A DNA stretch of 64,000 bases from Desulfobacterales bacterium (GCA_963668645.2 CAXXWC010000014.1:32001-96000), one strand, 5' to 3'. Counted from the first letter of the stretch, positions 51,375-61,555 are shown. The notes: generated from the sequence alone by a model not told the origin. Made by a program: numbers and translations.

Positions 51375-52559
51375 ATGGTCGCCAGTGAAAATGTTGAGAG
51401 CGTTGACTTTATGGAGCGGCACCAAAGACCGTTGATCCGGCCTGGGACGAGATGGCTGATCACCCTGTTGATCTGGCTGGCCACGTTGGCAATCGCCAGT
51501 GCCGATGGCGGGTTTCGCACGGTGACCGGTCCTTGCGGATTCGAGTATCCCCGCGACCATGGGGCCCATCCGGATTATCGCACCGAGTGGTGGTACTACA
51601 CCGGCCATCTGGCGGGAAGCGACGGGAGACGATTCGGCTTCCAGCTTACCTTCTTTCGCTATCGTCTCGCCCCTCAGGCAGAGCGGAAAAACTGGCCCGA
51701 GCCGGCTTCGGCCTGGCGCGCCGATCAGGTCTACATGGCCCACGCGGCTTTGACGGATGTGGCTGCAAAACGCCATTTGAGCGCCGAGAAGACAGCCAGG
51801 GATTCCATGGGACTGGCCGGAACGGTCTTCGATGGTGAAAAGGTCACGATGCATCTTGGATCCTGGTCGGCCCGAATCAGCGATAAAAGCCATCGCCTTG
51901 AGGCCGGTAGCGAAGATTTTGTCCTGCACCTCGATCTGAACCCGCTCAAACCGCCTACGGCCCACGGCGAAGACGGATACAGCCGCAAGGGGGCAGAAGC
52001 CGGGCGTGCTTCGTGCTACTATTCCTTGACCCGGCTCCGGGCCCGGGGGCAGGTTACGGTGGAAGGACGCACCCATGAGGTGACCGGCCTGGCCTGGATG
52101 GACCACGAGTACAGCACCGCTTCTTTGGAGCCAGGACTTTCGGGGTGGGACTGGTTCAGCCTCCAGCTCGGGGACGGGTGGGATCTGATGACCTTTTTCC
52201 TGCGGCGGCCGGACGGCACTTGGCACCCGGCCTCATCCGGCACCCTGGTGGCGCCGGACGGCAGGGTTACCCATTTAAACAACGATGCTTTTCAACTCGA
52301 AGTAACGCGCTACTGGCAGAGCCCGTCCAGCGGCGGGCGTTATCCGGCCGGGTGGCGCTTTGAGGTTCCGGCAGCGGATCTTGTCCTGGATATCACTCCG
52401 GTGATCGAGGACCAGGAGATGCGCATGGAGCGCAGCACCGGCGTGACCTACTGGGAAGGGCTGGTGGATGCGGCCGGCAGCAGGGCCGGCCGGCCAGTTA
52501 AAGGGCAGGGCTATGTGGAACTTACCGGTTATGCCGGCACCTTCGAGGCGCCGCTGTGA
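51375..52559 (+). CDS. AttH/CrtC-like lipocalin-domain protein
   Basis: PRDHGAHP.YRTEWWY.TG, FGFQLTFFR, WMDHE, GWDWF, YWEG and GYVELTGY motifs; start may be 51411. Confidence 0.9.
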   Translation: MVASENVESVDFMERHQRPLIRPGTRWLITLLIWLATLAIASADGGFRTVTGPCGFEYPRDHGAHPDYRTEWWYYTGHLAGSDGRRFGFQLTFFRYRLAPQAERKNWPEPASAWRADQVYMAHAALTDVAAKRHLSAEKTARDSMGLAGTVFDGEKVTMHLGSWSARISDKSHRLEAGSEDFVLHLDLNPLKPPTAHGEDGYSRKGAEAGRASCYYSLTRLRARGQVTVEGRTHEVTGLAWMDHEYSTASLEPGLSGWDWFSLQLGDGWDLMTFFLRRPDGTWHPASSGTLVAPDGRVTHLNNDAFQLEVTRYWQSPSSGGRYPAGWRFEVPAADLVLDITPVIEDQEMRMERSTGVTYWEGLVDAAGSRAGRPVKGQGYVELTGYAGTFEAPL

Positions 52560-52793
52560 AGCTTTGAATGCCGGGGACCACTGTTCCGGCTGAGTGTGAC
52601 GGATTTTTCTCTTGCCGACCTTGCCCTCATGTGGGGGCGATTGCATCCCCCCTTGTTTTTGCGGCTTTGCTGCAAAAATGAAGCGTATCTACGACATAAT
52701 TGTAGACCGGATCCTCCCTGGTCCTCTCCTTTAAGAGCCTTGGATTGGAAAATATTTAAAAAAATCAGCCCGTTGTTCTCTGTGGAGGTATTT

Positions 52794-52809
52794 TGGCACC
52801 TATATTGCT
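52794..52809 (+). promoter_or_regulatory. Sigma54 -24/-12 promoter
   Basis: TGGCAC-CTATA-TTGCT upstream of nifQ. Confidence 0.85.
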
Positions 52810-52845
52810 CTGAAATCGGAAAACTCGAGCAAGGAGGTGCTGTGC

Positions 52846-53538
52846 ATGGAAAATCTGATTTATGACTGGCTGATGGAGAGGAGAAATCCCGTGGAGGGCT
52901 GGATGGAAGCCCGGTTGTTCGCAATGATGATATCTTCCAAAACGACCTCTACCTATTGGACGCTCGAAGACATGCTCGGGTTGACCGGTACGGGCATGAA
53001 ATCCCTGATGGTCAAATACTTCCCCTTTACTATGCCCGATCATAAGGCCCCAAGCTGTTATAAAATCCATTTTCACGCCGCTGTGAAAAATCCGTTCGTC
53101 TGCCATTGCTGCGGGCAGGCGGTAAACACCGAAGGCGGGGTAAGGAAAGTCAATATCCCATTGCTGAACGGATACCCCACCGCCCTGAACAGGCAGATGG
53201 AAGTGGACGATCTGAAGGATCTTTTTTTTTGCCACCGATCCTGCGAAGCGCCAGAGGCCACCTGGTTTGCTGAAATGATCGCGGTCGGTTCGCTGGGAGA
53301 AGATCACCTGTGGCAGGATCTGGGGCTTTCAGGAAGAGAAGATGTGTCATATATTTTGAAACACTATTTTACGGGTTTATCCGATAAGAATACCGGGAAT
53401 ATGAAATGGAAAAAATTCTTCTATAAACAGCTTTGCGACTTGGACGGAATAAAGGTTTGCAAGGCACCGAGCTGTTCCATCTGCAGCCACTATTCAGATT
53501 GTTTCGGCCCGGAAATTGCGGCGCAAAGGGCCGCCTAA
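52846..53538 (+). CDS. nifQ: Nitrogen fixation protein NifQ
   Basis: HLWQDLGL, N..MKWKKFFYKQLC and C-terminal Cx4Cx2Cx5C (CKAPSCSICSHYSDC); AGGAGG RBS. Confidence 0.88.
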   Translation: MENLIYDWLMERRNPVEGWMEARLFAMMISSKTTSTYWTLEDMLGLTGTGMKSLMVKYFPFTMPDHKAPSCYKIHFHAAVKNPFVCHCCGQAVNTEGGVRKVNIPLLNGYPTALNRQMEVDDLKDLFFCHRSCEAPEATWFAEMIAVGSLGEDHLWQDLGLSGREDVSYILKHYFTGLSDKNTGNMKWKKFFYKQLCDLDGIKVCKAPSCSICSHYSDCFGPEIAAQRAA

Positions 53539-53556
53539 CTGCTGCGATCAGGGCTC

Positions 53557-54405
53557 TTATCTCACCGGCAGTCCCGCGGCCTCCATCAACGGCAGCAGCA
53601 CCTCCCGGCTCCGTCGCCCGGCCTCCTCGGGCATGTCCACATAAGGGTAGAGTTCCAGGCTGACGTCCCCTTTGTAGTCGAGCCGCTGCATGGCAGCCAA
53701 GACGCTTGCAAAATCGATGGCCCCCTGGCCGGCGATCAGGTGGTTGTGGGTCCGGTCAGGGGCGATGTCCTCGATGTGCACATGGCCGATCCACTGGAAA
53801 AGGGTTTCGAAGGCTGCGGCCGGATCCTCGCCGGCGCAGAAAAAATGGCCGATATCGAAGTTGAGGCCCACCGCCGGCGAGCGGATCTCGCCAATGAAAG
53901 AGAGAAACTCGCCGGTGCGCTCCATGAGCAGATCGGGTTCGGGTTCGATCAAGATTTTCACCCCCAGGTTCTCGGCGGTGGGGATCACCCGGTCGAGCCC
54001 CTCGTGGAAGAGGCGCAGCGCCTCGGCCCGACCCATGCCGGGCTCCAGCGGCCCGCCGGGCGGCACCGAGATGTTGCGGCATCCGAGCCGGTGGGCCACG
54101 CGCAGGCAGGCCAGGGTATGTTCGACGCGCATCCGGCGGCGGGCCGGCTCGGCTTCGATCCACGACGGCAGGTAGGTGTCGCCCACGGCAAAGAGGGTGA
54201 AACTGTTGAGGTTGGTGGTCTTCAGACCGTGGCGCTCAAGACTTTCGGCCACGGCGGAAAGTTGGGCCTCGTCGAAATCGGGCGGGTAAAGATGGGGCCG
54301 GTCGCCCATGATTTCCACACCGGAAAAACCGAGCCGGGCGATCCGATCGATGGCGTCGAGCAGGGGAAATTTGACAAAGGCGTTGGTGCTGTAAGCAAAG
54401 ATCAT
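53557..54405 (-). CDS. Sugar phosphate isomerase/epimerase (TIM barrel)
   Basis: IEPEP, NFDIGH, HVHIED, G.GAIDF and LELYP motifs. Confidence 0.88.
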   Translation of the reverse strand: MIFAYSTNAFVKFPLLDAIDRIARLGFSGVEIMGDRPHLYPPDFDEAQLSAVAESLERHGLKTTNLNSFTLFAVGDTYLPSWIEAEPARRRMRVEHTLACLRVAHRLGCRNISVPPGGPLEPGMGRAEALRLFHEGLDRVIPTAENLGVKILIEPEPDLLMERTGEFLSFIGEIRSPAVGLNFDIGHFFCAGEDPAAAFETLFQWIGHVHIEDIAPDRTHNHLIAGQGAIDFASVLAAMQRLDYKGDVSLELYPYVDMPEEAGRRSREVLLPLMEAAGLPVR

Positions 54406-54427
54406 GAGATTCCCTTCCAATCTGTTT

Positions 54428-55579
54428 CTACTTTAAGTTCGCCGCCAGCCGGTCCAGGGCCGCCGACTGCTCGTTGAAGGTCACCGGCGGGCATGGGCCT
54501 ACGGCTTTTTTGAAGTAAAAGGCCAGCTCGGGCACCGCGCCGCGCCGCCCGGCGCTCTGGAGGGCCGCCACCCAGCGGGCCAAGTCGATGACCAGCGGGG
54601 CCGCCAGGATCGAATCGCGGCCCTGCAGATCGATGCGCAGGCTCATGGGCATCCCGAAGAGCCCCTGGATGTCTATGACATCCCAGGCTTCCTTGGCGTC
54701 GCCGCGGGGGGGGTAGTAATCGATGCGCACCATATGGGTGGACCGGCCGTAGCGCGCCCCGACCCGGTAGCCGAGGATCTCGTCCAGAAGATCGGTCTTG
54801 TTGGCCACCTTGCCGGCGGCCCGTTGGGGGTCGTCGAGGTTGGCGCCGTCGCTGTTGCCCAGGATGTTGGCGCTGTACCAGCCGTCGATGTGAAGACTGC
54901 GGGCCTTGAGGGCCGAGGCCAGCGCCACCTTGAAGTAGGTCTGGCCGGTCTTGCCGTCCCGGCCTGCCAGGCAGGTCCCCGCCGTTTCGGCCGCCGCCAA
55001 AATTGCCGGGGCCTCTATGGCGTTGGGGGTGAAATTGATCACCGGCACGCGGCTTTCGACGGCGGCCAGGACATAGGCCAGGTCCGGCAGTGAGACGGGA
55101 TCGGCCCCGGCTTTCAGTTCGTCCAGATTCCGGTAGCCCGAAAGATCTTGGAGCAAAGCCGCCGGCAGTAGATTGACCAGAACGGCCTGGGCGCCCGGGA
55201 ATTTTTGCCTAAACGCGGCGATGTCCGCGGCCACGGCGGCCGTCTGCTCGGCCAGGGGCAGGGTCGAGTCCGGCGCGGGCAGCAAGTCGATTTTCTCGAT
55301 GTCACCGGCCGCATCGGCCCACAAGGCTTCAGGGACCACCCCGTGGTCCGTCAGAGCCTGGCCCAGGGAGCCTGGGCGGCGGTCCCAGCCGGCTATGCAA
55401 AAGTGTTCCGGTGCCGGCAGTTCGGGGTATCTTTGGACGGTGGTCAGGTAGGGCCGGATCAGTTCGGGCCGTTTGGTGAGCAAGGCGGCGGCGACGGCCA
55501 GGGTCGAGCCGATGGCACCGCCCAGACCGGCGACCAGCAGCAGGATAGGGGGCGATTGAGCAGCAGGTTCGGTTGTCAT
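54428..55579 (-). CDS. ino1: myo-Inositol-1-phosphate synthase
   Basis: GRDGKTGQT, NILGN.DG, IDYYPPRGDAKEAWD and DSILAAPLVIDL motifs. Confidence 0.85.
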   Translation of the reverse strand: MTTEPAAQSPPILLLVAGLGGAIGSTLAVAAALLTKRPELIRPYLTTVQRYPELPAPEHFCIAGWDRRPGSLGQALTDHGVVPEALWADAAGDIEKIDLLPAPDSTLPLAEQTAAVAADIAAFRQKFPGAQAVLVNLLPAALLQDLSGYRNLDELKAGADPVSLPDLAYVLAAVESRVPVINFTPNAIEAPAILAAAETAGTCLAGRDGKTGQTYFKVALASALKARSLHIDGWYSANILGNSDGANLDDPQRAAGKVANKTDLLDEILGYRVGARYGRSTHMVRIDYYPPRGDAKEAWDVIDIQGLFGMPMSLRIDLQGRDSILAAPLVIDLARWVAALQSAGRRGAVPELAFYFKKAVGPCPPVTFNEQSAALDRLAANLK

Positions 55580-55707
55580 GCGCCTTTCCGGAGAATTGAT
55601 GGGGTTTGAGAACAGATATCACGCCCGCAGAACAGACAGGGCAACGATTAAGATCCTAAATACAAGCGCAATGCGGCCCGGCCCATCGCGCCATCCTCCA
55701 CCGCCGC

Positions 55708-57054
55708 TCAACAAGGCCCGGGCCTGGCCGAAAGCCGTCCGGCCTCGGCCCTGCCGCGGGCCTCGTCCACCCGGGAAAAGAGCACCAGGCCCACCACAAA
55801 CAAAAGCACCACCGAGCCGAGGCTCCAGCGGGTGGCGAGCTGCCCCACGGCCTGGACCTGTTCGGGACTGGAGGCGGCGGGCAGCATCAAGCGCCGTACC
55901 ACCAGGCCGACGGTGCCCATCAAGGCTGGCCCGATGATGGCGGCGAATTTGCCCAGCATGTTGTAAAACCCGAAAAACTCGGCGGCCTTGTCCCGGGGAA
56001 TCAGCCGCGCATAGTAGGACCGGCTCAGGGCCTGGATTCCGCCCTGGACCAGGCCGATCACCACCGCGAGAAGGTAAAATTCATGGCGTTCTTTCATCAT
56101 GGTGCCCCATAGGGTCACCAGGATATAGATGCCGATGGCCAGGTATATGGCCCGGCGCACGCCCCACCGCTCTCCGAGGCGCCCGAAGACCAGGGCCGCC
56201 GGAAAGCCGACGAACTGCACGATCAGCAGGGCCACGATAAGATCGTTGGGATCGAAGCCCAGGGACATGCCGTAGTCCACCGCCATGCGGATGATGGTGT
56301 CCACCCCGTCGATGTAGAACCAATAGGCCACCAGAAAGAGGCCGACGGTTTTAAGGTGGCGGGTCTTTTGGAAGGTGTCGCGCAGTTGGTTGAGTCCTGC
56401 GCGCACCGCGGAGGCCCGGGCCGGTTTGTCAAAAGCTCCGGGTTCCGGGACCCATGCGATGGTGATCAGGGTAAAGGCGCCCCACCAGAGGGCCACCGAA
56501 AGAAACGAGATGCGCACGGCGGTGGCGGCGTCCGGGATCCCGAAAAGAGCCGGTTTGAGGGTCATGGCCACGTTGACCAGAAAGAGCAGCCCGCCGCCGA
56601 GGTAGCCCATGGAAAAGCCGAGGCTGGACACCCTGTCGATGCGGTCCTCGTTCACCAGGCTGGGCAGCAGGGCGTCGTAGAAGATGTTGGCCCCGGAAAA
56701 CCCGATGACCCCCATGATGTAGACAAATACGGCCAGAGCCCATTGGCCCTTGGACACAAGAAAGAGGCTGGCTGTGGCCAGGACCCCCAGGTAGGCGAAA
56801 AAGATCAGGAATTTTTTGCGGGCAGAGCCGCGGTCGGCGATGGCGCCCAGAACCGGCGCCATCAGGGCCACCAGCAACCCGCCGATGGCATTGGCGTATC
56901 CGAGCTGGGCCGTGCTCAGGTTCGGGTCCGCTCCATAGCTCCAGTATTGCTTGAAAAAGATGGGAAAAAAACCGGCCATGACCGTGGTGGCGAAGGCCGA
57001 ATTGGCCCAGTCATAGATGGCCCAACCCCAGATGACGCGTTTTGGGTGGTTCAT
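55708..57054 (-). CDS. MFS transporter (UMF1/Atg22-like)
   Basis: WAIYDWANSAF, GYLGGG, QALSRS and EFFGFY..GKF motifs. Confidence 0.88.
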   Translation of the reverse strand: MNHPKRVIWGWAIYDWANSAFATTVMAGFFPIFFKQYWSYGADPNLSTAQLGYANAIGGLLVALMAPVLGAIADRGSARKKFLIFFAYLGVLATASLFLVSKGQWALAVFVYIMGVIGFSGANIFYDALLPSLVNEDRIDRVSSLGFSMGYLGGGLLFLVNVAMTLKPALFGIPDAATAVRISFLSVALWWGAFTLITIAWVPEPGAFDKPARASAVRAGLNQLRDTFQKTRHLKTVGLFLVAYWFYIDGVDTIIRMAVDYGMSLGFDPNDLIVALLIVQFVGFPAALVFGRLGERWGVRRAIYLAIGIYILVTLWGTMMKERHEFYLLAVVIGLVQGGIQALSRSYYARLIPRDKAAEFFGFYNMLGKFAAIIGPALMGTVGLVVRRLMLPAASSPEQVQAVGQLATRWSLGSVVLLFVVGLVLFSRVDEARGRAEAGRLSARPGPC

Positions 57055-57390
57055 CGGATAGGTCCCTCAAACCGTTCCGTACGGCCGCAAAAAGCTCCGC
57101 CGGTAAGCGTTTGCTTGGAGCTGATCGTCAAGCGCCGCTATTGAAAAACGTGGCCGGTCATACATCGGGATCTGGAACCGCCGGCTGAAACATCAATTCA
57201 CGATGGCCTCCACTATCAACCAAAGATCGGCGGCGATCAAGAGACAAATCGATTTGGCTTTTTACGCCAACTTCGCTATTCTTGAATCCATTCGTCACGC
57301 TTCGGGATAAAAGATCCATTCTACGGCGGCGTGAAATGGATCGTGCCGCCATGGGATGGCGCCCCGAACCAATCGCATCGAGGACCTCGA

Positions 57391-57861
57391 ATGATGGCGG
57401 GAAGACCGTTTGCCAGATGGCGGGTTGCTGGATCGAAGACCACGGCGATGGCCATGGCGCTGCTGCTGGGCTTGATCTGGATAACCCACGCCATGCCGGC
57501 CGAGGCTGAAAGTCCGGCCGATGTGGCCCCCCCCGGGAAACTGACCCTGGTTCAAGCGGTGGTCTGCGAGCAGGTGGACGGATTGAGTCCCAAAAACCCG
57601 GCCGTGGCTTTTCCCATGGAACTTGGCGAGGTGATCTGTTTTACGGCCTTCGATCCGGTTCCCGAAGCCACGGTGATCTACCATCAGTGGTATTTTCACG
57701 GCGAACCCAGCTCGCGGATCCGCTTGCGCCTCAAGCCACCGCGCTGGTCCACCTTCAGTCGCATTCAGCTTCGACCCGGAGATGCCGGACCCTGGCGGGT
57801 GCAGGTGCTGGATGCCGATGAGCGGCCCTTGGCGACCCTGCGCTTCAGTGTTGTCGAGTGA
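57391..57861 (+). CDS. DUF2914-like exported protein
   Basis: Signal-like segment; CFT, HQWY, RWSTFS and GPWRVQV motifs; start uncertain. Confidence 0.7.
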   Translation: MMAGRPFARWRVAGSKTTAMAMALLLGLIWITHAMPAEAESPADVAPPGKLTLVQAVVCEQVDGLSPKNPAVAFPMELGEVICFTAFDPVPEATVIYHQWYFHGEPSSRIRLRLKPPRWSTFSRIQLRPGDAGPWRVQVLDADERPLATLRFSVVE

Positions 57862-57902
57862 ATAACCAAATTCTCAAACCGGACGAGGAGCCGTAACCCG
57901 GA

Positions 57903-59336
57903 ATGGAAGCGGTCGTCTTTTTCCTCAAAAGCCTGCGCTGGCAGGACATCGTCGATCTGCTGCTTAACAGTTTCATCCTCTTTCGGCTCTACGTGCTGTT
58001 TCGCGGAACCATTCTGATCCAGGTCATCACCGGCTTCGGCCTGCTTTGGATCGCCCAGCGCATCTCTACCCATTTCGGCCTGATCCTCACCAGCTGGGTG
58101 CTTCAGGCGATCATCGCCGCTGGCGCTCTGATCATCATCATCGTTTTCCGCAGCGAACTGCGCAGCGTCCTTCAAGTCCGAAATCTCAAGGCGATCTTCT
58201 GGGGCGTTCCCCGCCATGCGCTGCAAACACCGGTGGATGCCATCGTCGCGGCGGTCTATGAACTGGCCCGGCGCCGGATCGGCGCGCTGATCGTGATCCC
58301 GGGGAACAAAGCCCTGGACGAGCTGGTGCAAAACGGCATTGCCATCGACGCCAACATCTCCAAGGAGATGCTGATCAGCGTTTTCTGGCCCGACAATCCG
58401 ATCCACGACGGCGCGGCCATTATCCAGGACAATCGCATCGTGCAGGTGGGCGCCATTTTGCCCCTTTCGCGGCGCGAGGATCTGCCCTCCCAATACGGGA
58501 CCCGGCACCGGGCCGCCGCCGGGCTCACCGAAGAGACCGACGCCCTGGTGGTGGTGGCTTCCGAAGAGACCGGCAGGGTTGCGGTGGCCCGCAGCGGGCG
58601 GCTGGTGAACATCGAGGACAACTTGTCCCTGCTGCGCATGCTGGCCGAACACACCGGCCACGGCAGTGAGGCCGAGGCCCCGCCGCCGGTGCGCGAAGGG
58701 CTCAGCTACATCGCGGCGGCCCTGGTCTGCCTGCTGGTGGTGGGTGGGGTCTGGTTCTCCTTTGCCCGCGGGCAGGAAACCCTCATGACCTTCGATATCC
58801 CCATCGACTATGTCAACCGTGTCGCCTCGATGGAGATTTTGGACGCCTCGGCCACCTCGGTGAAACTCGACGTGAGCGGCTCGGGTCCCCTGATCCGATC
58901 CCTGCGCCCGGAACAGGTCAAGGTCCAGGTCGACCTGGCCGGTGCGGTGGCCGGCCCCAACAGCATCGCCCTCAAGCCCGAGATGGTGCGCCTGCCGCCG
59001 GGGATCAAGCTCAAGAAGGTGGTCCCGGCAAATCTGGAGTTGATGCTGGATGCCATCGGCGAAAAACTCCTGCCCGTCCAAGTGGACTGGGTAGGCCCGC
59101 CGCGGGCCGGCATCCGTCTCGTATCGGCGCAGGTCGTTCCGCCGCGGATCAAGCTGACCGGCAGCCAGCGGCAGCTGGCCAAAATGGATACGATCTATAC
59201 CAAGAAGGTCGCCCTGAAAGGGCTGGAATCCTCGGGGAGTGTGACCGTACAACTCGCCCTGGACGGCGGGGCGGTGCGGGTGGCTTCGGGAAGCTCGGAT
59301 CGCGTAACCGTCAACTATGTCGTCGAACCGCGCTGA
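57903..59336 (+). CDS. dacA: Diadenylate cyclase CdaA fused to CdaR/YbbR repeats
   Basis: Three TM segments, HDGA, GTRHRAA and SEETG motifs, then a TM and YbbR-like beta repeats. Confidence 0.88.
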   Translation: MEAVVFFLKSLRWQDIVDLLLNSFILFRLYVLFRGTILIQVITGFGLLWIAQRISTHFGLILTSWVLQAIIAAGALIIIIVFRSELRSVLQVRNLKAIFWGVPRHALQTPVDAIVAAVYELARRRIGALIVIPGNKALDELVQNGIAIDANISKEMLISVFWPDNPIHDGAAIIQDNRIVQVGAILPLSRREDLPSQYGTRHRAAAGLTEETDALVVVASEETGRVAVARSGRLVNIEDNLSLLRMLAEHTGHGSEAEAPPPVREGLSYIAAALVCLLVVGGVWFSFARGQETLMTFDIPIDYVNRVASMEILDASATSVKLDVSGSGPLIRSLRPEQVKVQVDLAGAVAGPNSIALKPEMVRLPPGIKLKKVVPANLELMLDAIGEKLLPVQVDWVGPPRAGIRLVSAQVVPPRIKLTGSQRQLAKMDTIYTKKVALKGLESSGSVTVQLALDGGAVRVASGSSDRVTVNYVVEPR

Positions 59337-59398
59337 CAGCCGGTGGATAATCGTCGCCTCGGGCCGCCATACGGAGCGATGCAACCTCTTGGCAACGG

Positions 59399-60247
59399 TT
59401 AAAGCCGGCAGGTGCGGATTTGCGTGACGATGATCCCCCTGGCGCCCACCTGGGCCAGGCGGTCGAGGATTGGGTTGACCTCGCGCCGCGGGGTCATCGC
59501 CTTGACCGCCACCCAACCCTGGCGGCTCAAGGGCGCCACGGTGGGCGATTCGATGCCGGGCGTGATCACGCAAGCCATTTCGAGCATCACCTCGGGCACG
59601 TCGTATTCCACCATAACGTATTCACGGGCCGTCACGATCCCCTGAAGCCGATCGACGAAGCTACGGGCATCCGGATCGGTCAGAATCTCGGAGGTGCGGC
59701 TCAGCAGCACGGCCTGGCTTTCGACGATGGGATCACCCAATGTCTCGAGGCCGGCCTCATGGAGGGTGCGGCCGGATTCGACCACGTCGGCGATGGCATC
59801 CGCCACCCCGAGCTGGATGCTGATTTCCACTGCCCCGTCCAGGCGCACGACGCCGGCTGAAATGCCGCGGCGATCCAGATCGGCCTTGACCAGGTTGGGA
59901 AAAGAGGTGGCGATCCGTTTCCCGGCGATGGCCTGGATTTCTTTTTGCGTCCCCCGGGGCATGGCATAATGGAAACGCGAACGGCCAAAACCCAAAGGCA
60001 GCAGTTCGGTGAACCGGGCCTGGCTGTCCAGGGCCAGGTCGCGGCCGGTGATTCCCATTGCCAGGACCCCGCTGCCCACGTAGATGGCGATGTCCCGGGG
60101 CCGCAGAAAGACGAACTCGATCCGGTGTTCGGGATCGCGGACCATCAGTTCACGGCCGTAGCGCCGGCAGGCGTAGCCGGCCTCGCGCACCAGGCGTACG
60201 GCGTCTTCGGAAAGGCCGCCTTTATTGGGAAGGGCGATATGGAGCAT
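59399..60247 (-). CDS. hisG: ATP phosphoribosyltransferase, long form
   Basis: ALPNKG, RPRDI, GITGRD, GAVEI, DVVESGRTL and PGIESPTV motifs. Confidence 0.95.
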   Translation of the reverse strand: MLHIALPNKGGLSEDAVRLVREAGYACRRYGRELMVRDPEHRIEFVFLRPRDIAIYVGSGVLAMGITGRDLALDSQARFTELLPLGFGRSRFHYAMPRGTQKEIQAIAGKRIATSFPNLVKADLDRRGISAGVVRLDGAVEISIQLGVADAIADVVESGRTLHEAGLETLGDPIVESQAVLLSRTSEILTDPDARSFVDRLQGIVTAREYVMVEYDVPEVMLEMACVITPGIESPTVAPLSRQGWVAVKAMTPRREVNPILDRLAQVGARGIIVTQIRTCRL

Positions 60248-60307
60248 GAAGACCTCGATGTTTTCCAGGTGACGGTGCAATAAGGGGGCTGCTTCCGATT
60301 TCAGCCG

Positions 60308-60574
60308 CTACAAGAAGCGATAGACATCCTCCAGCTCCAGTTCGCAGGCGATCATCATCACCTGGATATGGTAGAGCAGTTGAGAGATCTCTTCGGCGGT
60401 GCGCTGGCGGCTTTCGTGTTCGGCCGCCAGCCAGACTTCCCCGGCTTCCTCGAGGACTTTTTTGCCTATGGCGTGTTTGCCGGCCGCCACGGCCCGGACC
60501 GTTTGCGAGTCGGGGGCCTGGCAGGCCACTTTCTGTTTCAGTTCGTCGAAGAGGGAATCGAAGGTTTTCATCAT
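60308..60574 (-). CDS. hisE: Phosphoribosyl-ATP diphosphatase
   Basis: [15 protein letters not shown] and EEISQLLYH motifs; adjacent to hisG. Confidence 0.93.
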   Translation of the reverse strand: MMKTFDSLFDELKQKVACQAPDSQTVRAVAAGKHAIGKKVLEEAGEVWLAAEHESRQRTAEEISQLLYHIQVMMIACELELEDVYRFL

Positions 60575-60969
60575 CGGCTTCTTTTCGTTTTCAGATTCAA
60601 GACCCGGCGCACGTCCTCCGTTCTGCGGGCGGCATGCTGCGGGTGGTTGACATTGGAAAGGGTCATGAGATGGCGGGCGGCCTCCAACGGATCTTCAGCG
60701 CGGTTTTTCAGCGCCAGGCGATACCAATGGGGAAGTTGTCGGCTGTAACAGACGGTCAAGGCACCGGCGTATTCACGGATGGTGGCCCGCCAATGGGCAG
60801 TGGCGGGCTCGCCGGGGATTTCCAGTGCCCGCCGAATGCGCTCTTTGAGCAGATGGTAGCGCAAGAGGGGCCGGATCACAAGGCGGGCCAGCACATATCC
60901 GAACGAGCCGACCAGAAAGCTCAGCAGAGCCGCCCAAACGATGGGTTTCAACAACCATTGCAGGATCAT
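60571..60969 (-). CDS. Hypothetical membrane protein
   Basis: N-terminal TM segment; 4-nt overlap with hisE. Confidence 0.65.
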   Translation of the reverse strand: MILQWLLKPIVWAALLSFLVGSFGYVLARLVIRPLLRYHLLKERIRRALEIPGEPATAHWRATIREYAGALTVCYSRQLPHWYRLALKNRAEDPLEAARHLMTLSNVNHPQHAARRTEDVRRVLNLKTKRSR

Positions 60970-61132
60970 AGCACACGGCGCCAGACGATCTGGCGATCTC
61001 CTTTCCGACTTGCCCTTATATCGGCTGGGCGGGCGAAAATCAACGTCCCGGCCGTGTGCCCGTCTGGCGGCCGGAATCCTCTTTACATTTCATAGTCAGG
61101 GCTTATTATGAAACATTTTTAGATGGAGGAGG

Positions 61133-61456
61133 ATGGTCTTGGCAATGACACTCAAGTTGGATGTGCCCGACGATCGCTTGGGCGTTTTTCAGCGGATGAA
61201 GCGCCAGCTGCCCTTGGAGGTTCGTGAAGACGAGCAGACCTTGCGCCGCATGCTGGGCTACCTCAAGCTTGGCGGTGAACGTTTGGTGCGCCAGTACGTG
61301 GCGGCCCTCAAAACGGATTTCCCGGAGGATACCGTCCTGTTCAAGCGCCGCAGCATCGACGAAAGCCTTGACGAGGGGGCCGGTGATGGGGAAGGCGAGG
61401 AGGAAGAGGAAGGCGGCGAATCGCTGAGCGACGATGATGACGTAGAGGAAGACTGA
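61133..61456 (+). CDS. Hypothetical protein with acidic tail
   Basis: GGAGG RBS; D/E-rich C-terminus. Confidence 0.65.
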   Translation: MVLAMTLKLDVPDDRLGVFQRMKRQLPLEVREDEQTLRRMLGYLKLGGERLVRQYVAALKTDFPEDTVLFKRRSIDESLDEGAGDGEGEEEEEGGESLSDDDDVEED

Positions 61457-61555
61457 CTGCGGTCTCCCGCAGCTTGAAAGCCGTTCGGAGGGGATCGAAG
61501 GGAAGGACGCTGCAAGGTCGCACGGCCACATCCTGCGCTGAAAGAGGGGAAAAAT

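Noticed and set aside
52596..52720. NifA UAS (TGT-N10-ACA) upstream of nifQ
   Set aside because: No exact match found; only TGT-N10-GCA near 52630
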